Part shown: piece by piece, positions 37,002 to 56,098 of the stretch
Numbering within the stretch: position 1 is the first letter of the stretch
Layout of the letters: each line of letters opens with the position of its first letter
From: Phaeosaccion multiseriatum
Taxonomy: Eukaryota > Protista > Ochrophyta, other classes
DNA length: 64,000 bases
Reading direction: 5' to 3'
Assembly (NCBI GenBank): GCA_965112735.1
Contig: OZ218957.1
Coordinates: 558,001 to 622,000, forward strand
Notes under the pieces: generated by a model
What the model was told of the DNA's origin: nothing
Database searches by the model: none
Seen by the model: the letters and a program-made list of their open reading frames with translations, nothing else
Position numbers and translations under genes: made by a program

Positions 37002-40000
37002 ATGATGACAGTCAGGCGCGCCTCCACGGCGGTCGTCCTCGCTCTCCTCCTCGTCGATCCGGCCGGAGCCTACAACTACTGGCGGGGATTGTCCACGAAG
37101 AGCAAGAAGTCCACCGACAAAAAGTCGGATAAAGGCACCAAAGACGGCAAGACCTCATTTCCAGTTCTTGTTCCTGTCTTTTGGTTCTGCCCTTCTCTCA
37201 CCCACTCTGCTCTGGCTGCTCACTGCTCTCCTCCCTCCCCGTCTCATCACGACACGGCCGCCCGCAACAACTGCCCACCACTCACCCTGCCTCCTGGCCT
37301 GCCTCTCGCTCGCTCTCCACACTCCTTTTATCAGATTCCAAGGACAAGTCGTCATCACGGAACAAGAACGATTCCAAGAAGAGCAAGACCACCCGCACAA
37401 AATCGGGTGAGTTGTGGCAGATTGATTGTGGACAGCTATCAGCTGCAGAGCTGGATAGCAGCTACATGCATGCATGGCCTGCCTGGTGGTCTCGGCCGGC
37501 TTTGTTCTCTTATCCAGGCCCAGCTGTCCAGCTGTAGCTATCCGTCGCTTCATTGGCTGCTTCTACCCTGACTGCTCGCTCTCTGCTCCACTCCTCCCAC
37601 GTCTCATCACAACACGCTCACAACTGCCCACTCACTCTCTCCACCACTCCCTTTCATCAGATTCCAAGGACAAGTCATCGTGGAGCAACGATTCCATGGT
37701 GTGGACGGCCAGCCCCACCCCCTCCCCCGCGTGCGACGACGAGTGCATTGCCCAGTGCGCTGCCTACGGAGAGACTTGCTATACAGCCACGGCCTACTGC
37801 CGTGGCAGTGACTCCAAGGGAGGTGAGTTGTCGTCGGCCATGAGCTTCTTGGCTGTGTGCTGCTTCTTTCGGCTCCAGGCGAGGTTTCTCGGGCTTTAGG
37901 CTTCTGGGCCGTAGCCCCCTCCAGGCTTCGGGCTTCTGGCCGCAGGCCAGCGCAGGCTTCTGGCCGCAGCCAGGCCAGTGGTCAGGCTTCAGGCTTCTCA
38001 GGCTGGGAGAAAAATGGGGGACTTGGCAGGCTTTTCGCTACTTTCTGCAGGCTTCTGGCCGCAGGCCAGCCGCAGGCTTCTTACTTTCGGCCGCAGGCCG
38101 CCGCAGGCTTCTGCTTTATCGGGGGCCCGAGAAACCTCGCCTGGAGCTGAGCTTCTTGTCCTGCTCTTTCGGTCATCATCTTGTGTACTACTCGCTCGCT
38201 CGCGCGCTCGCTCGCGCGCTCGGTCGAGCAAGTTCCTTCTTCACTCATTCACGCACCGCCCCCCCCCCCCCCCTCTTTCTCTAGCTTCTCTCTGCACACA
38301 CTGCACTTGCGTTTTCCTCTGCTCATTCAGCCACGCGCTGCCTCCCTCCTCTCTCTCGCTCCATCCTCTACACAAAAATTGTTTCCTTTTGACTCCCCTG
38401 CCTCATCAGGCGGCAAAAAGAGCAAAACAAAGACGAGCAGCAAGCAGAGCAAAGGCGGCAAGAAGAGCGACAAGGGTGGCAAGAAGAAGAAGAAGAAGAA
38501 GAAGAAGAAGACGGACACCACCGTTCCCGACGACTGCAACCCCCACGGTTGTGGCACCTACTGCCGCCTCTGTGGTCCCAACGTGACGGATGATGATGGC
38601 CAGCCTGTGCCCTGCCCCGAGGACGACTGCAGTCCCGACCCGACCCCTGCCCCCGTTACTACACCGCCTACGCACGTTCCAACGGTGCCACCTACGCCCG
38701 CCCCCGTCGCACACCCAACCCTTGGTGAGTGGCTGGAGGAGTCTCTTTATCCTCTCTCTCTATCTATCTATCTCTCTTTCTCTCTCTCTCTCTTTGTGTG
38801 TGTCTCCCCTCGCCTCGACTTGCCTTCACTCCCCTACTCGGAGTTTTTGTTTTGTTTTGCCTTCGTGGCCTGTTTCTTTGCGGCTTCGTTTCCACACGCA
38901 CAAGCAGAGCGAGAATCCTATCGAGTGTAACTCCTAATACTTACTCACACAATACACGCCCCTTCCCTCACTGCCCACAGCCCCCACGGCGGCCCCTGTC
39001 TGCGATGTGGACGCCTGCACGGAGCTGTGCTTCAGGGCGGATGGCAGTGGAGGAGCCCTCGACTGTGTCACTGACATGGCGTGCTCCGACTCCGACGCTC
39101 TTGATGGATGCCAGGCCTACGGGACCCCCCAGGAGCAAGGCTGCCGCCTCTGCGGTGACGCGGGCATGGCTCTGGGCTACGAGCTCGCTTGCCCGGCTGT
39201 CTGCGAGGAGCTGACGCTCGCGCCCACCCCTGCTCCCACCCCTGCCCCCGTTCCGCCGGATACGCCCTCGCCCACCACTGCTGGTGAGTCAACGCACCCA
39301 CTGTACCGCTTCAGCTCGCCTCGCCTCCCCATCAGGAGGAGTTGCTTCGTTTTTGTGCCTGCTTCCTTTCTAGCTTCGCGTCCATCGCCTTGCAGAGACT
39401 CAACGTGTGCGGCTTACGAATACAACACACACGTCTTTCCTTCCGCCACTGGCGGCTTCGTTTCCACACGCACAAGCAGAGCGAGAATCCTATCGAGTGT
39501 AACTCCTAATACTTACTCACACAATACACGCCCCTTCCCTCACTGCCCACAGCCCCCACGGCGGCCCCTGTCTGCGATGTGGACGCCTGCACGGAGCTGT
39601 GCTTCAGGGCGGATGGCAGTGGAGGAGCCCTCGACTGTGTCACTGACATGGCGTGCTCCGACTCCAACGCTCTTGATGGATGCCAGGCCTACGGGACCCC
39701 CCAGGAGCAAGGCTGCCGCCTCTGCGGTGACGCAGGCATGGCTCTGGGCTACGAGCTCGCTTGCCCGGCTGTCTGCGAGGAGCTGACGCTCGCGCCCACC
39801 CCTGCTCCCACCCCTGCCCCCGTTCCGCCGGATACGCCCTCGCCCACCACTGCTGGTGAGTCAACGCACCCACTGTACCGCTTCAGCTCGCCTCGCCTCC
39901 CCATCAGGAGGAGTTGCTTCGTTTTTGTGCCTGCTTCCTTTCTAGCTTCGCGTCCATCGCCTTGCAGAGACTCAACGTGTGCGGCTTACGAATACAACAC

Positions 40001-43000
40001 ACACGTCTTTCCTTCCGCCACTGGCGGCTTCGTTTCCACACACACAAGCAGAGCGAGAATCCTATCGAGTGTAACTCCTAATACTTACTCACACAATACA
40101 CGCCCCCTCCCTCACTGCCCACAGCCCCCACGGCGGCCCCTGTCTGCGATGTGGACGCCTGCACGGAGCTGTGCTTCAGGGCGGATGGCAGTGGAGGAGC
40201 CCTCGACTGTGTCACTGACATGGCGTGCTCCGACTCCAACGCTCTTGATGGATGCCAGGCCTACGGGACCCCCCAGGAGCAAGGCTGCCGCCTCTGCGGT
40301 GACGCAGGCATGGCTCTGGGCTACGAGCTCGCTTGCCCGGCTGTCTGCGAGGAGCTGACGCTCGCGCCCACCCCTGCTCCCACCCCTGCCCCCGTTCCGC
40401 CGGATACGCCCTCGCCCACCACTGCTGGTGAGTCAACGCACCCACTGTACCGCTTCAGCTCGCCTCGCCTCCCCATCAGGAGGAGTTGCTTCGTTTTTGT
40501 GCCTGCTTCCTTTCTAGCTTCGCGTCCATCGCCTTGCAGAGACTCAACGTGTGCGGCTTACGAATACAACACCCACGTCTTTCCTTCCGCCACTGGCGGC
40601 TTCGTTTCCACACGCACAAGCAGAGCGAGAATCCTATCGAGTGTAACTCCTAATACTTACTACACGCCCCTTCCCTCACTGCCCACAGCCCCCACGGCGG
40701 CCCCTGTCTGCGATGTGGACGCCTGCACGGAGCTGTGCTTCAGGGCGGATGGCAGTGGAGGAGCCCTCGACTGTGTCACTGACATGGCGTGCTCCGACTC
40801 CGACGCTCTTGATGGATGCCAGGCCTACGGGACCCCCCAGGAGCAAGGCTGCCGCCTCTGCGGTGACGCAGGCATGGCTCTGGGCTACGAGCTCGCTTGC
40901 CCGGCTGCCTGCGAGGAGCTGACGCTCGCGCCCACCCCTGCTCCCACCCCTGCCCCCGTTCCGCCGGATACGCCCTCGCCCACCACTGCTGGTGAGTCAA
41001 CGCACCCACTGTACCGCTTCAGCTCGCCTCGCCTCCCCATCAGGAGGAGTTGCTTCGTTTTTGTGCCTGCTTCCTTTCTAGCTTCGCGTCCATCGCCTTG
41101 CAGAGACTCAACGTGTGCGGCTTACGAATACAACACACACGTCTTTCCTTCCGCCACTGGCGGCTTCGTTTCCACACGCACAAGCAGAGCGAGAATCCTA
41201 TCGAGTGTAACTCCTAATACTTACTCACACAATACACGCCCCTTCCCTCACTGCCCACAGCCCCCACGGCGGCCCCTGTCTGCGATGTGGACGCCTGCAC
41301 GGAGCTGTGCTTCAGGGCGGATGGCAGTGGAGGAGCCCTCGACTGTGTCACTGACATGGCGTGCTCCGACTCCAACGCTCTTGATGGATGCCAGGCCTAC
41401 GGGACCCCCCAGGAGCAAGGCTGCCGCCTCTGCGGTGACGCAGGCATGGCTCTGGGCTACGAGCTCGCTTGCCCGGCTGTCTGCGAGGAGCTGACGCTCG
41501 CGCCCACCCCTGCTCCCACCCCTGCCCCCGTTCCGCCGGATACGCCCTCGCCCACCACTGCTGGTGAGTCAACGCACCCACTGTACCGCTTCAGCTCGCC
41601 TCGCCTCCCCATCAGGAGGAGTTGCTTCGTTTTTGTGCCTGCTTCCTTTCTAGCTTCGCGTCCATCGCCTTGCAGAGACTCAACGTGTGCGGCTTACGAA
41701 TACAACACACACGTCTTTCCTTCCGCCACTGGCGGCTTCGTTTCCACACACACAAGCAGAGCGAGAATCCTATCGAGTGTAACTCCTAATACTTACTCAC
41801 ACAATACACGCCCCCTCCCTCACTGCCCACAGCCCCCACGGCGGCCCCTGTCTGCGATGTGGACGCCTGCACGGAGCTGTGCTTCAGGGCGGATGGCAGT
41901 GGAGGAGCCCTCGACTGTGTCACTGACATGGCGTGCTCCGACTCCAACGCTCTTGATGGATGCCAGGCCTACGGGACCCCCCAGGAGCAAGGCTGCCGCC
42001 TCTGCGGTGACGCAGGCATGGCTCTGGGCTACGAGCTCGCTTGCCCGGCTGTCTGCGAGGAGCTGACGCTCGCGCCCACCCCTGCTCCCACCCCTGCCCC
42101 CGTTCCGCCGGATACGCCCTCGCCCACCACTGCTGGTGAGTCAACGCACCCACTGTACCGCTTCAGCTCGCCTCGCCTCCCCATCAGGAGGAGTTGCTTC
42201 GTTTTTGTGCCTGCTTCCTTTCTAGCTTCGCGTCCATCGCCTTGCAGAGACTCAACGTGTGCGGCTTACGAATACAACACCCACGTCTTTCCTTCCGCCA
42301 CTGGCGGCTTCGTTTCCACACGCACAAGCAGAGCGAGAATCCTATCGAGTGTAACTCCTAATACTTACTACACGCCCCTTCCCTCACTGCCCACAGCCCC
42401 CACGGCGGCCCCTGTCTGCGATGTGGACGCCTGCACGGAGCTGTGCTTCAGGGCGGATGGCAGTGGAGGAGCCCTCGACTGTGTCACTGACATGGCGTGC
42501 TCCGACTCCGACGCTCTTGATGGATGCCAGGCCTACAGGACCCCCCAGGAGCAAGGCTGCCGCCTCTGCGGTGACGCAGGCATGGCTCTGGGCTACGAGC
42601 TCGCTTGCCCGGCTGCCTGCGAGGAGCTGACGCTCGCGCCCACCCCTGCTCCCACCCCTGCCCCCGTTCCGCCGGATACGCCCTCGCCCACCACTGCTGG
42701 TGAGTCAACGCACCCACTGTACCGCTTCAGCTCGCCTCGCCTCCCCATCAGGAGGAGTTGCTTCGTTTTTGTGCCTGCTTCCTTTCTAGCTTCGCGTCCA
42801 TCGCCTTGCAGAGACTCAACGTGTGCGGCTTACGAATACAACACACACGTCTTTCCTTCCGCCACTGGCGGCTTCGTTTCCACACGCACAAGCAGAGCGA
42901 GAATCCTATCGAGTGTAACTCCTAATACTTACTCACACAATACACGCCCCTTCCCTCACTGCCCACAGCCCCCACGGCGGCCCCTGTCTGCGATGTGGAC

Positions 43001-45572
43001 GCCTGCACGGAGCTGTGCTTCAGGGCGGATGGCAGTGGAGGAGCCCTCGACTGTGTCACTGACATGGCGTGCTCCGACTCCAACGCTCTTGATGGATGCC
43101 AGGCCTACGGGACCCCCCAGGAGCAAGGCTGCCGCCTCTGCGGTGACGCAGGCATGGCTCTGGGCTACGAGCTCGCTTGCCCGGCTGTCTGCGAGGAGCT
43201 GACGCTCGCGCCCACCCCTGCTCCCACCCCTGCCCCCGTTCCGCCGGATACGCCCTCGCCCACCACTGCTGGTGAGTCAACGCACCCACTGTACCGCTTC
43301 AGCTCGCCTCGCCTCCCCATCAGGAGGAGTTGCTTCGTTTTTGTGCCTGCTTCCTTTCTAGCTTCGCGTCCATCGCCTTGCAGAGACTCAACGTGTGCGG
43401 CTTACGAATACAACACACACGTCTTTCCTTCCGCCACTGGCGGCTTCGTTTCCACACACACAAGCAGAGCGAGAATCCTATCGAGTGTAACTCCTAATAC
43501 TTACTCACACAATACACGCCCCTTCCCTCACTGCCCACAGCCCCCACGGCGGCCCCTGTCTGCGATGTGGACGCCTGCACGGAGCTGTGCTTCAGGGCGG
43601 ATGGCAGTGGAGGAGCCCTCGACTGTGTCACTGACATGGCGTGCTCCGACTCCAACGCTCTTGATGGATGCCAGGCCTACGGGACCCCCCAGGAGCAAGG
43701 CTGCCGCCTCTGCGGTGACGCAGGCATGGCTCTGGGCTACGAGCTCGCTTGCCCGGCTGTCTGCGAGGAGCTGACGCTCGCGCCCACCCCTGCTCCCACC
43801 CCTGCCCCCGTTCCGCCGGATACGCCCTCGCCCACCACTGCTGGTGAGTCAACGCACCCACTGTACCGCTTCAGCTCGCCTCGCCTCCCCATCAGGAGGA
43901 GTTGCTTCGTTTTTGTGCCTGCTTCCTTTCTAGCTTCGCGTCCATCGCCTTGCAGAGACTCAACGTGTGCGGCTTACGAATACAACACCCACGTCTTTCC
44001 TTCCGCCACTGGCGGCTTCGTTTCCACACGCACAAGCAGAGCGAGAATCCTATCGAGTGTAACTCCTAATACTTACTACACGCCCCTTCCCTCACTGCCC
44101 ACAGCCCCCACGGCGGCCCCTGTCTGCGATGTGGACGCCTGCACGGAGCTGTGCTTCAGGGCGGATGGCAGTGGAGGAGCCCTCGACTGTGTCACTGACA
44201 TGGCGTGCTCCGACTCCGACGCTCTTGATGGATGCCAGGCCTACGGGACCCCCCAGGAGCAAGGCTGCCGCCTCTGCGGTGACGCAGGCATGGCTCTGGG
44301 CTACGAGCTCGCTTGCCCGGCTGTCTGCGAGGAGCTGACGCTCGCGCCCACCCCTGCTCCCACCCCTGCCCCCGTTCCGCCGGATACGCCCTCGCCCACC
44401 ACTGCTGGTGAGTCAACGCACCCACTGTACCGCTTCAGCTCGCCTCGCCTCCCCATCAGGAGGAGTTGCTTTGTTATTGTGCCTGCTTTCTTTCTAGCTT
44501 CGCGTCCATCGCTTGCAGAGCCTCAACGTGTGCGGCTTACGAATACAACACACATACCTCTTTCCTTCCCCCACTGCCCGCAGCCCCCACCGCTGCTCCC
44601 ACCCCTGCCCCCCAGGCGCCGGATACGCCCGCCCCCGTGACGCCGCCTCCGCAGGCTCCGGTCTGTGGCAATGGTGTAGTCGAGTTAGGAGAAGACTGTG
44701 AACCAGGAATTCACGAGTGCTGTAATGAGGACTGCTCGGTGAAGGGGAGTGGTGAATTATGCCGAGCCCGAGGCTCATCTGCCTCTTGTGATGTGACGGA
44801 CTACTGCGATGGAACTTCAGCTGACTGCCCCGATGTCTTTGAACCGAGCACGAAGGTATGCAGGGAGACTTGCTGTCGTGCTGACGTGCCGGAGTTTTGT
44901 ACGGGGACTTCGCCAACGTGCCCCGAAGACAAGTTCACGGCCTTTTCCTCCCAACATCGTTTTTTTGTGGCGACGTCCCCATTTGACATTTTTGGAGTAC
45001 CAGTTGACATTGTGGAGTTTGAAGTTGATTTCGACGTGGGTACGGACCCAACCGAGGATAAGCTTCGACTCACTATGACGCAATTCTACCCGGAGTGTTT
45101 CGAGTTTCTCAGCGTGAGCCTGTGGGTTGGGTTAACCGAAACCCTCGTACCGCAAACAAATGGAACCCCCGATCCGGAGAGATTCACGGATAGATACTTT
45201 CCTGTTGAAACGCAAACCCCTTTTGGACTGTTTGGAGGGTCCCCTCCTTTCTTCGACGGCAGTAACCCCACCGTTCGAATTCCGTTGCAAGAATTTTTCG
45301 AGACGTACGGTGATAGCACTTTCTGCACGGATGAGATCTACGAGAATTTTGTGAGTTTCCTTCATTTCGAGTACAGGTACGACAACATCGATGACTGCCA
45401 GCAAATAGGAACTAACGTCGCTTTCGGGACTGAACTTGGATTCTGGGCTTGCAACGAAGAAGATGAACTGCTTTGCCAGTCATTTAACCTCAGCAACGAG
45501 TTTACGTACCAAAGATACGAACTATGCTGCAACCTGTTTGACGAAACAGGGTGCATTGAAATAGATGGATAA
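37002..45572 (+). CDS. Secreted ~1570-aa modular protein: signal peptide, RXL site, Lys/Ser-rich KXXK region, ten 101-aa 10-Cys/Pro-Thr modules, disintegrin-like domain, acidic aromatic C-terminal domain
   Basis: 15 exons, all introns phase 1: 37002-37146 (GC donor), 37335-37406, 37661-37822, 38410-38724, ten 303-bp exons (38981-44407), 44584-45572; total 4713 nt, in frame to TAA. Last exon has CGNGVVELGEDC..CC..C..CR..CDVTDYCDGTSADCPD..CR..DVPEFCTGTSPTCPED. Confidence 0.88.
38880..44577 (+). repeat. Tandem exon+intron array, 10 exon copies, unit 572/572/564 bp (1708-bp higher-order repeat)
   Basis: Exon starts at 38981, 39553, 40125, 40689, 41261, 41833, 42397, 42969, 43541, 44105; copies nearly identical including introns. 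Confidence 0.97.
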
Positions 45573-45949
45573 GCAAATCACAAATCTGAGTTAGTCGGCG
45601 TAAAAACTGAGTTAGTCGGCGTCAAAACTGAGTTGGCCTGCGCTTTTGCCAGGCCTCATCTTCAACCCCTGGGCTGATTAATACACTATCGCCCACATTC
45701 TCGATAGCGCGCGGGCTGCCGGATAGTTAGTGTATCTTGAATTTTTTTTTTTGGGTGCTCGATGTCGACACTAGATATCGATATCTTCTTCTTTTAGGTG
45801 CTACACTGCCTTCTCTTCGTTGCCAGGCGAGTTTGATAGTGAGTTAAACAACAAGCAACAACAACAAACAGCAAAATCCTAACCTACCGAGGATGACAGC
45901 AGCCGGGAAGAAAGTGAATGGGAAAGTCCCCCCCCCCCTTTTCTGGTGA

Positions 45950-46256
45950 CTTGGGGGGACACCTCAAGGTACTGCAGCTCCTTCACGCCAATGCCCGCCA
46001 CCTCTGTCGCCGAGATCGAGATCGAGGGTCTGTGGGCTTGCGGTCCTGCACACAAAGAGCCTGGCAATGCTCACGTGGCTCCGGTCGGAGGCAGTGCAGT
46101 GTGAGTGGCTGGGACACATGGCCCTGCCCACACCTCGTCAGGGACGATGGGTTGCACGAAGGCTCTTACGGCAAGGAGTGGACATCGACAGCAGCACCTT
46201 CGGCGAGATGAAGCAGTCGGTGCACGCCAATGGACACCCCTGCGACTGGCTGCCAC
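45950..46256 (+). pseudogene. 5'-truncated, frameshifted paralog of the ankyrin-like gene at 32481-33611
   Basis: Across frames reads GHLKVLQLLHANARHLCR..KSLAMLTWLRSEAVQC..WDTWPCPHLVRDDGLHEGSYGKEW/DIDSSTFGEMKQSVHANGHPC vs intact GCLGVLQLLHAKARHLCR..KSLATLKWLRSEAVQCPWDERSCPQLIRERGLREAGYGREWDIDTDTFEEMKQWVHANGHPC. Confidence 0.92.
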
Positions 46257-46498
46257 CGCTGAAGAAGGAGCCGTGTGTGGGGGAACACTTCATTGACTTC
46301 TTGGAATCCACCTAAGAATTACGTATGTGTCTGTGTGTGTGTGTGTGTTGTGTGTGTGTGTGTGTATGGGCGAACTCAGACCCGAAGGCAGGCATTCTAC
46401 AAGCCACGTCACAACGCTTCGTTCATTATTGGGTTGTTGCGAGACTACTCGCGGGGTCTTGGATACATACGACATATTCAGGGAGGTGGTGGAGATGG

Positions 46499-46578
<80 letters not shown>
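46499..46578. repeat. (TA)n microsatellite
   Basis: Direct. Confidence 0.95.
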
Positions 46579-46586
<8 letters not shown>

Positions 46587-46841
46587 ATGTAGATAGAGAC
46601 ACACATGGAGAGAGAGAGAGAGGGAGAGTAAGAGAGACAAAAAAAAGTTGGTCCAAGAAATCCACGATCGCCCTCTCGCCTCCAAGGACAAGCACTTTCT
46701 GTACGAGTAAAAGCCGAATAAAACGAGGGGTGCCAGCAAGGACGCCAGAGAGAGAGAGAGAGAGAGAGAGAGCCCAACCTTCGTATTGCTTACACTATGC
46801 GGCCGATTGCTTGATTTGACGCATTGCTTCGACTCAGAGCA

Positions 46842-55702
<8,861 letters not shown>

Positions 55703-56098
55703 TGGAGAATCTCAAAATGTCCAGAGAGCTCTTCCTTCTGCAGGAATTCTCCAAAGACTGAGGCAGACACGCAGGCTTCTGAAAGCACAGGCGAGCTGCT
55801 GCTGATGGGCTCGTCCGACGGCTCCCCCAGCTAGGCTGTCCTACTCATTGGTCATTTCCATAAAGCTCCGTCCGTTTCCTCTCCAGCACACGCTCTTCTC
55901 TTCCTCCTCTCCTAGTTCTCTTGGCTCCACCAGAAGTAAGCGGTCCTCCTCCAGTTATGTGGTTGTCTCAATGCCCACCCTGGCTCCTGTGAGGATCCTT
56001 CGCCCTCTCGCCCTTCGGGTCAAAGTCAGAAAAGCTGCAAGAAACGAAACCGAAACTGGCAAAATCACATATCACAGTTCTCTGTAGTCCGTATGTCT

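Noticed and set aside
37900-38130. Degenerate GCAGGCTTCTGGCC repeats; also CAGGCACTGACTGACAC repeats at 25340-25480 and a 21-bp repeat at 45586-45634
   Set aside because: Ordinary intronic or UTR minisatellites with no evidence of function
38880-44577. CRISPR-like array or ten separate 259/447-aa genes
   Set aside because: No unique spacers; units are exon+intron copies of one spliced gene and the track ORFs read into introns
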